Source of the DNA: Lingula anatina | Taxonomy: Eukaryota > Animalia > Brachiopoda | DNA length: 64,000 nucleotides | Reading direction: 5' to 3' | Assembly (NCBI GenBank): GCA_051362555.1 | Contig: CM120642.1 | Coordinates: forward strand, 8,494,001-8,558,000 | In this document: in pieces, positions 33,301-47,029 of the stretch | Numbering within the stretch: the first letter of the stretch is position 1 | Layout: every line of letters starts with the position of its first letter | Notes under the pieces: model-generated | Databases searched by the model: none | The model's input: the letters and a program-made list of their open reading frames with translations, nothing else | What the model was told of the DNA's origin: nothing | Translations under genes and position numbers: made by a program

Positions 33301-36300
33301 TCAACACCACATCATGGTTTGAACACAGGTCAACACCACATCATGGTTTGAACTAAGTAGAGATGAAATACTTGACACTGACATCATCAAAATATCCATT
33401 ATAACACACAGATGTTTAAGTTATGAATTTTGTCCAAGCCCATAAGACTCATGCACTGCCTCTATTTCATTGTAGAAGAATCAAATTGAGTCAAGGAGTC
33501 AAATTTATTTTTTCTTCTTTTGCCCAACTGCATCAAGTATTTCTCCCTTTTTCTGTTTAAGCTGAAACAAATACATCTATAACAAACAAGAGTTTTTCAT
33601 GAATTAAAACTACACAGACTCTTGCCAAATCTTACAATCTTTCTCTATGAATAATTGATTGGCTTTGTTTTTGATAATCTGCTTCATCATCACAGTAACT
33701 ATAATCAAATAATTAAAGTAAATAATTAAATAATATACTTACTGTCAAATGCAGGTTAATGCACAAAATCTTAAGCCTTTCTCATAAAATAATTTTAAAA
33801 GGCCTTAATTTTTAAACAAAATAAACACCTTATTATTTGAAGCAACAAATGAAGCTTATTACATAAATAAAGCACTACTGATACTGGACTCTTGAAGTTA
33901 CTGTATATCTTGATCTGTACAGACAAAATGCATCAAATGTTTCAGAATGAACCAAAAGTACTAGTTTATAGAAAAGAGAGAAAAACACCTCATAATGAAG
34001 ACTTAAGAATGAACTCAATATTATAAAAACATGTAAAAATCTACAATATCACTGCATTTCGACACAAAAATAACAATGGCACAGAGTTTAAAAGAATAAA
34101 AGTACTATGATGGTAGACATTTGGTAAAAACTAATCAGATCAATGAATTAAACTACTGCCAAACACAAATTACATTTGTGTGGAAACAGTATATAAATCA
34201 ATATGTCATCACACTGCTTGACACTGTTGACTTTTAAAGCAAAAAGTTCTTTGGTACAAGATTCAATCACTGCATTGTTCCCGATGCACATACGAAGCAT
34301 GATTTACACAAATATATATATATTTTTTGCAAATAAATGCAACAAACACATACGAATGGATTCTCCTCTTTTGACATGTCATTTGAAATCAGCATTGTGA
34401 TTTTTTAAACTAGGCATTGTACAGTCATAGCATGCACTTTTAGTTTTCCACTATGAATGCACATCAGAGGTTCCATGGCCTTTGTCATCATCTTTTTATT
34501 CTTTTTTTGGTCCTTGCTGCTGCTGCTGCTGTTGTTGCCATCATCCTCATCATCATAGTTGTCATCCACTGCACCCTGTATCTAGGCTAAAGCATGTCTA
34601 CAAGTTGGCTAGAGCATGGCTACGAATTGGCTAAAGCATGGCTACAGGCAATACTGTATCCCTCTATGTAGAAACTATTTTCCCCAGGATCCAAGGACAC
34701 GGCTGAACACCATATCTTTTTTTCCATACTGGATTACTGACTTTCCCAGAGCCACATGGACATATCAAACCACTTGAAGATTTGTATGGCGCATAATGCA
34801 AGCACTCATCTGGCAACTTTCTTGAGATACCAACTGCATATCCAGCAACCAGGAAGGTACATCACAGCTTCTTCACCAAGTTAAGACTTAACGTGGACTC
34901 AATGTCTTTCAAAACTTAAAAACAATTTTGCTAAAATTTAAGGAAGGATTTAATTTTCAATTAACCTCTTTGAAAATCTTCTAAATGGAAAATTCTTCCA
35001 ATGGAATTTCATGGCTTCCACCATCATATGCCGTCTTCTCTGTTTTGTGTAGCCACATATCCCCCTCTATAAAGACTTACTAAACAAATGCACCAGGGAA
35101 GTTGACCTTTCCACACGTAGCTTGCTCCCCTTTACCAATATCTCCCACCTCTTTGTAACCCTTTTAATTTCTTCCACATTACTGCATTTCCACAATGACC
35201 TTGTATCGAAGTCCCAATTCCACCTTTTAGTATACTATTTCTAGCAGGCATCCTTTATTACTAAACCCTGTGGCTTGTGCTTCCTATACCATATTTCCCT
35301 ACTTGAAGACAATCCCTGGCACCTGTTGTTGGCCACTATTTCTTCACCTTTCATTCCACTTCCATAGCAATTATACTAACCTTTGACGAACTGGATGGGG
35401 CTTCTATTTTGCGTCGCTTGGTACCTGAGAAGATAAGACAACAGTGTGTTAGATCTGATAAAACAACAACAACAGTTCGCTACATTAATCATCAGTTTAT
35501 ATATTGTTTACATAAACAGAAGTGATTCTGAATATTATATATACATTCTCTATCTATCATCATCATCATCATCTGAACCATTATCATTATAATTGTTATA
35601 ATGCAACAGTCTATAAAGGTGGACATTAAAAAGTTAGCGTTAATTTACCTTTTTCTGCTGTCTCTACACTGCGGGTATGTGAGTCATGATTGCTGACACT
35701 GGAGGCCATGCTGCTCGCCCTTTCAACTGTCCGCATTTCCTTGGCCTTTCCACCATCCTCCTGTTTCCTCTTTTCTTCCCTCTCCTTCTCCTTCTTTCCT
35801 TCTCGGCTTTTGCTGTGGTCTCTATGGCGGTCTTTCTCTTCTTTGTCAGTTTTCTGGTCCTCTTTTTCTTCCCTGCTTTTGTGTCTTTCTTCCTTGTGGC
35901 TTTTATCTTTATCTTTCTCTTTGTCGATCTTTATCACACCTTCTTTACGTTTCTCTTCCTTTTTCTCTTCTCTTTTTTCTTTCTCTTCTTTCCTCTCCTT
36001 CTTCTCCTTGTCTTTCTGAGTTCTCTCTTCACTCCTGTCCTTCTTGTCTTTAGCCTTGTCTTTCTCTTTGTCAGGTTCATTACTTAGAGATCTACGTTCC
36101 TTGTCCTTCTCCCTCTCCTTTTCTCTTTCTTTGCTAGAAACCCTGGACCTGAAATATAGTTTATATTGTTTAAATTAAGTTTCCCTTAATACAAAAAATC
36201 TAGAAACCAAATTCAACATAAAAGTGGCAGACTTCAGAAAGCTATACACAACTGAAGGGTTTTTTAGATTGCTGTCTACAAAACTGGAAATACCGAGTCA

Positions 36301-39300
36301 AGAAAATGTAAAATATTTCCTCAAGGCAAACAGTATGCCATCTCTTAAATAACTTAAGAAATTATTTCAAAATATGTTTGAGCTGCACTGGAACATGTCT
36401 GTCTGTAGTTTAATTTAGTTATGTGCCTTCAGAATCAACTAAAATATCTCATAATTATCTCACCCTTGTTCCTTTTTCTCTGAAGATTTACTGTCTGGTG
36501 TCTTCCCAGTGTCTGCTCTGGACTCAGACCTGTCAGAGCTCTGACTGTCACTTTTCTCCAGTCTTCTCTCCTCCCTGCTCCCTTCCCTCACCTCTCTCTC
36601 TCTGGACTCCTTGCTTCTCTCCTTCCCTGCATTATACAAACACTAACTATGAATACATGACAATTTTTCGTGCTTAAAAAGCACTCAGCATATACTCATG
36701 TGAGCTCATAACAGCAAAAATAAATTTTTACAATGCATAAAATAGTCTTATTTGGTTCAGGTAAATAGAAGTTAGTTCAAAATACCTTTTTTTTATTTGC
36801 TAAAAATCATTTAACTAAAAACATCATCCTAGAGTGAGTTCAGTCTGATTCCATCTCAAATTTTAAACGGAGATATTTGAGTTGTAGATGGGCAATTCAA
36901 ACATGGTCTTAGCTTACACTAAATCCTACTTATTAATCACAAACTTCAAATATCTTTAAAAAATATATTTCTAGTCTAAGAACTAACACCATCTAATTAA
37001 ACATACCTTCTTGTTTCACATCCTTCTCTTCTTTGACTCTGCCAGAACTTGCCGTCTTTCCATTCTCTGAGGCTGTGGCTGCAGTCCCTGTACCATTGGG
37101 TTCAGACTTCACTGGTGCTGACTGGCTGTTGGTCTTCACTGTGGTGCCTTGTTTGCTCTGTACACGCCGCGTCTGTAAGTATATCACAAACCATTCTAGT
37201 CTCAGAAAATATGCAATCAAATTTCCACTCAATGACTGATATTCTTCATAAACTAAATACCATATTAAGGTGATTTTTTCTAATAAACAGAGAGAACCTC
37301 TCTATTAACTTTTTCTGGTTTATTTTAAGAGCTTCAGAGCTTTTTTATCTGTACATTAAACATGATGGCACTATTAATTTGCTTTTACATTTTGCAAATA
37401 AATAAATTAGCAAATAAATAAACTGAACAAAACTCTTTTTACATTTTCTTTAATATGAAACTCTTGTTCTGGAATCCACGTGTTCTTTTTGCTCTTCAAC
37501 TGCCCGATGTAGCTGGAACAGAAAGCAAAAGGATGATTACATCTACTATTATTCACAGCACAATACCTGTGATAATATAATATTGATTCATTATATAATT
37601 TACTTTTTCCATTAATGCTGTGATCACTTCACAGAATGCATGAATAAATCATGATAAAATATTCCACTGGTGCAACAGTAAATAAATCTGGTTCAGAAAA
37701 TTCTCAGTAATTGACAATCAATCAACATAAAAGATAGCACAGTGCCAAATATATATTCAGAAAAATATCAGAGATTAACACTCAATTAACGTTAAAGAAA
37801 GCACGCAGCTCTGAAGATGACAATAAAAATAATTATCAAATGGCATAAGAGACTATATCTGGCCACTCGTTCAAATTATCCCCAAATCAGACAATTTTCT
37901 CCAATCTGGGCACTTCAATTCTTACCCCATTGCTAGAGCATAGATGTCTGGTCTCTTCTCCTTCTCCTCCTGCCGTATCCTGTCCACCCTCCTCTCCAGA
38001 GCCTGGCCGTAGTTCAGAACTTTGGGGTAGTATTGGAGTACCTAAACAAACCATGGTCAATGAAATCATAGTATTAGTGGCAGAGGAAGCTTAATCAATG
38101 ACAAATTGTGTAACAATGATGTAGTAGTAATAAAGTACATTTTTAAGATGTACAATGCATACGTGTACTTTTAAGTAAAAAAAAAACCTTTATACAGTAT
38201 ATTAAAGTTAAGGTTTCATTTTGGATTTCAAATTTATAAGTATGCAAATATTTAATAGTAAAGAAATGCAAGTTAATAATAATAATAATAATACAGAGTG
38301 ACCAAAAAATTGAGCCGATAAAATTTTTAATAAATCCTACAAGTCTATCAAATTTCAAGGAATTTGTTGTACTTAAACTTCAATATGTGTATGATCATTC
38401 CCCAAAGATCCAGTTATCCCTTATACCACTGTAGGATTTATTAACATTTTTATGGGTCTGATTCTTTTGGCATTCATCTGAATTAATTTACAAATATGTG
38501 TATGGGATTATGTCAAACTTTACCTTAGTGAGCACAATGAGAGCATTCCTGATTTGTCCGTAATCTCCTGATTCAAGGCAAGCCACCATTGCCTGAAATT
38601 AGAAAAGAAAAAAAAATATAATAAGAGACAGATCTAGTGCCTTTTGGTAAAAATCATCTCACTCTCATGTTTTCTAATGGTGCAAAATAAGATTTTATAG
38701 TCTTAAAAACAATGTACTAAAATTACATATCAGAGGGTAGTCTGTTGTGTAAGTATGCAATTAAAGGGGTATTAAATTCAGTCTTATTAATAATTTAGAT
38801 GAACATGTTACTGCATGCCTCAGTGTGTGTGCATACACATACATATGTCCATGTGTACATGCGTGCACATGCATGATCTCACCTTGGTAGTTCTAAACTG
38901 CCATTTGTGACAGATATGCCTGTAGTTCTCATAGTCCAGCTGGCCGTGCTGGTTGGTCTTGTTATTGGTGTCTGTCTTCCTGTACACTGTCACAAAACCT
39001 GGATGACTACCACACTCCTGGAAGTGACAGATAGAATAGAAGCCGAGAATCGAATGAAAATTAACAGATTGCCTTCAATTATTCAAAACTTTAAATTTGG
39101 AAAGCAATTGCGAAAACCAGATCTCTAGTGTAGGTAGTCTATTGAATCATAATAGCAATTTGGGATTTAAAAAAAAATATACGTTTTTAATCATAAACAT
39201 TTACTTACTTCTGTTGCTGAAGAATGTCAGTCTTGTTTCAGAATCTATTCAAAGAGGTAAAATTTAAGCTTAATCTTTGGGAAAATGAATTTTAAGTAAA

Positions 39301-40005
39301 TAACTATTGTTTCATCCCTGTACCTTTTCAAAGACAGCCTTGTCTGAGTGCCATCTCATGATAGTCTCAAATGCTGCACAGAGGAACCTGCCATATCTGT
39401 GGGCTTCATTCTCTGTACAGCAAGCCACGGTATAGGTAATATCACAGTATATCTGTAAAATGGAAGTACAAGTACAGAATATATCACATGTGTGAGCTAA
39501 ATTCTCATTCAGAAGTGCACAGTATAAATAAACAAATCAGCATATATAGACAAATTCATTTCCTGTCAAAGCTAAGTAGATCAGATAAAATCAAATCATA
39601 CTGTGCATAATCAAAAAGTCATAAGTAAAAAAAAAACAAATTATAGCATACTACTGACACATACCCTGTCATAGCAGATAAGAGTGGAGAAATTTGGAGT
39701 CTTCAGCTCATGTAGGACCTCTATAAACTTTGCACAGTAGACTGCGTCACTGGCAGTGAAACAGCAGCGAGGAAAAATGCAAACTTGGAGGAACTGAGTG
39801 ATTGTGTCATTTTTTGTGGAGCCTATAATATAAAGAGGATGAGCATGACCATTACTGAACTGAATCTGTATAAAAAAACAGATAATGAAGAAAAAAAACA
39901 ATTAAATTAAATCTTTTTGTTTTCAGTTAAATCTATGTGCTTTGGATATACCTGAGAAATATAATTTTAAACTGTCAGAGAGGTTATCAAGATCATAGTC
40001 AGGCA

Positions 40006-40057
<52 letters not shown>

Positions 40058-42533
40058 ACAAGGATAAATGTGTTCATCATAAGAAACATGTTCCACACAA
40101 ATTGAGGAACTCAAAGTGATACATCTGCTGTTTTCTGTTCAAACAAAACACTAACATCAGTAAACAGATCCCACCAGGCGTACTGAGCACAGCCATCTAA
40201 CGTCATGTAAAACTGGTCTAATAATTGCTTGTTTTCCATAACAAAATGATTGCCATGCTTGCTAAATGAGTCCCTGGTTAACTACATTAATTGTCAAGCA
40301 CCTGTCTTCAAATATACCTTGGCTTCACATACTATTTGAAAAATGTTTACCTACAATTTATTTAAATCACCATTTTTTTTTTTTTTTGCAAATCATACTA
40401 ATGTACTTCAAATACAATTACAGAAAATGTTGTGTTACTCCAAAAGTAATATTGAAATAAACCACAGCTTAAAATTATACTCAATAACAAATTAGACAGA
40501 CTCTGTAAGTTATCAAATTCTGTAATATCATACTCATGTGGATATCAAATTATAATATATCCAAACATCTTTAACCCTAATCAAATACTGGATATTCAAA
40601 ACAACACTTTACGAGGTATACTTTAACGCCTTTCACAGGACATTAATCCTAGATTTACCAATAATGTGTTTTTAATCAACAAATACATTTTAAATGAGTC
40701 TTTCAAATATGCCATTGAAATGTGAATCTGACAAATTGAACCCAAGTCACACCTTTGGTAAGAAGATCATAAATTCATGACTTCAAATTCACTTTGCAAA
40801 CAAATCAAACCTGATCTACTCACAATAAAGGACAAGGTTCTGTTTCACTATCAAACTGTATATATCTACAAATACAACACAGAGGGCAAGACTTGTGTCA
40901 CATACCATTGTATAAATTCCTCAAAATTCAACACCTAAGTTTCTATCTAAGTCATTGTGCCAATAAACAAAGCCCTGGATTTAGAAGAACTAAAAGCTAG
41001 CTGTATAGGCAGTGAGGGAGGGATTTGGTCTCTTATTTAGACAGTGAATTACCAATAATAGCCAGCCCTGCCCTCTTGTTTACAGACCAAACGTCTCAAG
41101 TTGAACCTCACTCAACTTTAATGGTGAAACCATAATAATGAAGGGGAAACAGAGGCTACATAATTTACTCATTCTGGGGTGCTTTACATATGTAATTTCA
41201 ATTCAGTGAAGTCAGGTTTTCAGTTCTATGACATATATTACACGTTGCCAGGCTCATTCACATTACAAAGCGTGATACAGAGCATCCGGCATGTGGCCTC
41301 TTGGCCCACCTCTTAGGATATAATTTCATTCAGACCATGTGTTTTAAATAACTTATAAAAGCTGAACCTCATCAAGTTTTTATCTGCTGTGAAGTGCCTC
41401 TTAACCATATCTCAAGATCTTAAAGCTCCACTGAGCTGTAACATGTAGCAGTGGATGAGAGGTTAAGAAGGAAAAATTAAGGTAAGAACTTAACTTTTTA
41501 CCTGACTCTTTTTATCACATATATATTTTTCACTCTGAACTATATTTGATCATTTTGCTAAGTTTAAATGCATTTAAAAAATTAGACTGATACACGGCAA
41601 ATTGCCTCAAGGACTGATGTGTGTGCAGCCCAGCTAGTTCTCTTAGCAAAATAATGTTATTTTGTTTGCTGAATTTAAATAATTACATATATCTGTTGAT
41701 TCTATCAAGTAAATTCTTATGACAGTCATATCTTTGATATAACAAAAAATAAATTTTGCAATCTCCACAATAGGTGGAGGACAATTCATTAAAATTTTTC
41801 AAAATTCTATCACAGAAAACTATCACACTTTGGACACATTACTTGCTAGCGTTAACTAATAATCAGTCTCCAGTGATATTCAGACATACGTGCAGGAATC
41901 CAGTTGTCTTTCTCTCCCTTCAGTCTGGCCACCACCCTCTGGACATGTTCCTCCTGTTTCCTCTCCTCATCCTTCAGTTTGTCTATCAGGGCAAAGCACC
42001 TCTCTCGCTCCTTCTTCTTCTTGCTTTGAGCCTAAAGAAATTATTTTTCTTTTATGAATAAAAATTTTAAAAGGTACTTTAACTCCCAATACTATTGTGG
42101 TTCTTATTTTCAAGATATGTAGTAGTAGGAGGAGGAGGAGGAGAAGTAAAAGTAGCAGTTGTAGACTTTAAGAAGAGTATAAAATAATTTTCTAACAGCT
42201 CATATTAAATTGTATATCATAAGCATAGTAATAACAAATCTCATTTATATGCAGTTTGTCAGTTAGAGTATAAATCACAAGTAGGCTTGTTAACTTTGAC
42301 AAAGCAAAGTTACTCATTTACCTGAAAATGAACTATGCAGAACACAAGACTCTTAAACAAATGTTATATGTTCAATCACTCTGATTAAAAGCCGTAACAA
42401 CAAAGCAACTAGCTCCAAATTAAGTGACTCCTCATTAAAGTGACAAGGAATACAATAAAAGTCATCCTTTCTTTACAAGTGACAAGGACAAGAGAGAGAG
42501 GGGGGAGACAGAGAGAGAGAAAAAGAACAAGAG

Positions 42534-42594
<61 letters not shown>

Positions 42595-45500
42595 CTTACC
42601 ATGTCCTTGGTCTCGTCCACTGCTTGCTGGACCTTCCTCAGCTGGTCCATTTGTTTATTATAGGCCACACTGGGGACATGGAGGTCATAGATGGACAGGG
42701 ACCAGAATGTCACATAGAACTGAGGACTGGAACAAACACCGGGCATTTGTTTGTATTAATTTATCTATTTTCATATTCATATTTACTGTAAGTTTTAGTA
42801 AGTAACCCAGTAACAGATTTTATATCAACATATTAAATCATATCTTTAATAAAAATAACAGCAACTTGACAGCATTTAAGTAGTTCTTAGAAATCATAAT
42901 GTGCCCCTGAACTTTTAAGTCAGAATCAGACTAGTAGACACCAGAAGATTACTAGGCTACTAGTAAGTATTAATCAAAATTAACAGTCTGAAGATGAATT
43001 TATAGACACCAGAAAATTAACCTAATCATAAATTTCCACTTGCCAGACTGGACTTATACCTATGAAAAAATTCTTCATTTTTAAATCAATAGTACAGAAC
43101 CAAACCTAGTGGTCAATGGCCATGGACAGATGCAAACCTTAAACCTATTTCCTACCTTATTTCCTCCCACACCTTTGGAGAGTTGACTGGTTTCACAGCC
43201 TCTATCACTGGCTCCATCACAGATGCTGCTGCCTCTATGTACCTCTGAGTCTTAAGATATATATTGATAGTATAGAGTATACAGTATTGTAACTACATGC
43301 ACTACTGACACAGCTATTATGTAAAATAGTCATAATCAGAAAAATGACACACATGAATGCATATAACAGTGAGAAAATCAAACAGCTCCCATAGCATTAT
43401 TCCTTAAAGCATGAAAATGACTGATATAAATAATTTTTGTTTTACAGTTATTTTAGTCATGGTATATACAGTAACAGATAACACTGTAGAAAAAGATAAC
43501 CTACCTTCAGTTGATTGGTACTGTTTTTATTGCTTTTATCTATTTTTCTAAGCTCATCAAATTTTGTCTGAAATAAACAGATTTGCTTAGATAATTTTCT
43601 TGCAAAGTAACAGTTGCCATCACAGGTATCCCCACCTTTATATTCATAAACTCACTTCAGTAATGGTAAAAGTAAATTCATACATAAAATAACACAAGTG
43701 ATATTATAGCATGGACAAAAGTATTTCTGTTATATCAGATTCTACAGTTTAAACCAATTCCAATTCTCTTCATTCTTCTTTCCTTAAATAAAATAAACTA
43801 TATGTATATAAATCACTATCAAATGGGACCAGCCAAATAAGACAAGAAAGAAAATAAATCTTAAAAACTACACAAAATATTAATAAATGACATAATAGAC
43901 ACTACTATAATAGTTATCCAGCATCTCTTACATTGATTGCATGAGTATACATAGGTCTTGAAAGGAAAAAAGCGGCATCAGGTGCTACATGATAATCTCC
44001 AACCAGTACTTCTATGGAGGGCAATCTCTTCACAAACTCCTCTGTACTCAGCTGGGTGGACAGGAAGCTGCCAAACTGGACCAGGGTGTCTTGGCACTGG
44101 AAGTCATATATAATTTATGAAATAATTTACCATTCTGCGTTTCAATTCAGAATCTCTTAAGAGTAAAGCTTTGACTACTGATCTGAATACACCATATTGG
44201 AAAGGAAAAAAGGCCAGTTTAACAAAAGAATTTTAGACCAAAAATTGATCTAAAAATAAGCTTCCCACCAGTTAGATGAACTCCTTTCCTTCTTTCCTAG
44301 AACACTCCACCTACCTGATCATATAATTTCCCCACCAGTTTGATAAACCTGTCCCCTCCCTCCTGGTACACTATACAATCTCTCTGCTGCACCATCAGCA
44401 GACACATAGGGATGGCCAGGTCATGTTCTAACAGGGTCTCCTTTAGACGATTTGAGGATTTCTTGATGTTCTTGACCTGAGCAAAATATCCACCCTGAAA
44501 ATGAAAATTAGAGACAGTCAGACTTTTACCTCAGTTCAAAACCATGGGCTTGCTACTTATTTTTAACTGAGGGTGTATTTGCAAAATTCTGCATATAGTC
44601 ATAGACTGCGAAACCTGTAAAGGTTGGTTTATATAGGCCTACATCTTATTAATAATAAAGTAAAATCTTTGCAAAACATGGTTTAAGCATTTTGATATCA
44701 TTAGTCAAAAAAGGCAAATGAAAAAAAAGAGCTTGCTCTATTGCAAGACACACTGTCAACATACCCTCTACCAGGGCGACAGATTGATTTTCCACAGATA
44801 GAGGGTACTGTCAACATGTCTGGTAATTATTCTTCAAATGATATAATTTGGAATATATATTCAAAATCCAACGAGACACTGTAAACACATCAATCAAACA
44901 CATCAGAGCACTGTACCTCCTGTTTTAGGAGCTCTCCTCCACCCAGAGCCTCTAACTGGTCATCTGTAATCTCCTCTGAGATCTCTATACCCGCCATCTT
45001 CTGTACGATTTCACGCAAGATCAACAGGTCAAAGCTGGAAAAGCAATAAAATGTCCTCAGGTCAATTTTTATTCAAGTAATGGCACGGATATATAAATGT
45101 ACAATAAGCAATAGACAAACCTATTTACAACATATGCCATCAGAAACTTAACTATTTGCAACTTAAATGCACTCTAAAAACAGAGAAATGAAATAGTATG
45201 TAAACAAATTAATTAAATTTTCATTTTCAAAATCATCCTTTTTCACTCTTGATGCAAATTACTTGAAATTATGCAAATTTCACCATGTTTACTCAATTAT
45301 CTTTAAAAGACAGCATAATGTCTGGTTCAATTTGTCATGGCATATCATGCACTTCTTTTAAACTACATTTATTAATTGAAGACCACAGAAAACAAAGTCC
45401 AGAGGGTACTGATTCATCAGTCATCCATGAAACTGACCACCTATAATAATAGATCAATTTAATACACATGATTAATTCATACAGCAATCAAATAAATGAT

Positions 45501-46971
45501 TGATGAATCAATCACCTAGTCAATAAATCAATTTTCCAACAAATTCATCAATCAACTTAATCAAATATTTTCTGAAGCTCACCTTTTTCCTGCCTGGAGT
45601 TGGTTGGCCACATACTGCAGTAAACCTGCCATTTCTATCTGATACTTCCTAAAGATGGCGCCACTGAAGTTGGCAAGACCTGAAAAGAGATATTCCATTT
45701 GGTAGTTTGTCAGTAAATCAATTAAAGAACGAAAAAAGGATAAAAAATCAAGACTTGTAACAAAACTCAACACAAGGGAAAGGAAAACTTAACATAATAT
45801 GCACTAATAATTTTAATATGTATAACATTAAACAGAATTTGAACCAAAAGTGCACACTAATTGGATACCACAATTCTATTTAAACTAAAATAAGTACCTT
45901 ATAAACTGCTGCTATGTTATTATACTAAATCAATAATCATTGAATAACTATTTCCAGTGCCATCAAACAGTTCTAAATAATAAAATATTAACGTCACATT
46001 TCACCATATTTTCATTTTTCAAAAAAATCTAACATTTAGTTTGTAACAATACTGAGCACTTACTCTGCAGCCACAGTGATATGTTAGTATCATCATGCTT
46101 CATTCTCTCTCTGGATGGGTTAGCAAGAGCTTCTATAATACAATCTGGGAGGCAGGTCAAGGAAAAATATAGTCATGGGTATAATTATCAGAGACAGGGT
46201 TCTTCAGATAAAATATTTAACTAAATTAAAAGAGAACAAACAGCAATGTTTATCTTAATTTGCTTCTATAATGCAATTCCATGACCATGTACAATTGGAT
46301 TATCTGATATCCCAAGAAGTTTCTTAAAATTTATACCAAATATCTAGTTTAAGATTCTTTAAGTTAAATCTTACAATGCCAATCAATTTTCAGTTAAACC
46401 TGTGATCTGTGTCAGACTTGTATTGGTCATATTGTCTGATGTATGATAGGACTTAGTATTAACACTGATAGTAATATCGCACAATAAACTGAAGAAAAGT
46501 AGATCTGGATTATTTTTTTCTCCCTCCCTCCTCTTGTTGCCCACATATATTTTCAATGTTTACTGCCATTTTGACAAGAAGACACGTATTAAAACCCTGG
46601 AGCATTTTTCACATAGTTCTAGCCAATACGGAAATGTACTTTTAAATTTCCCAAATGTAAAACCAAGTCATTATCTATGACAACCAATACAAAACACTTC
46701 CCATGTTTTCAATTCCTCGAATGATAGACACTTGTGGGCCAAAATTAATTGGTTTCCATTGACCCAGTGACCAAAATGCCAACAAAATGTAAAAAATATA
46801 CAAGAGTTCTACACATTAAAAATCAATAAAAGATTGTCAGAAGGTTTTGTAAAAGTCCTTAGCACATAGGTCATTAAGAAGTCTGGGTCAAAGTAAGATA
46901 CATGTTTTATTTCATTTTCTCTTCTCTCATGCCTTAATGCAGATAAACAACACCTGCCACACCCATGCACT

Positions 46972-47029
<58 letters not shown>

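Noticed and set aside
33211-33353. CRISPR-like 29-bp repeats
   Set aside because: No spacers; a tandem minisatellite.
35686-36087. Hydrophobic plus-strand ORFs resembling membrane proteins
   Set aside because: They are the antisense reading of the Lys/Glu-rich THOC2 exon.
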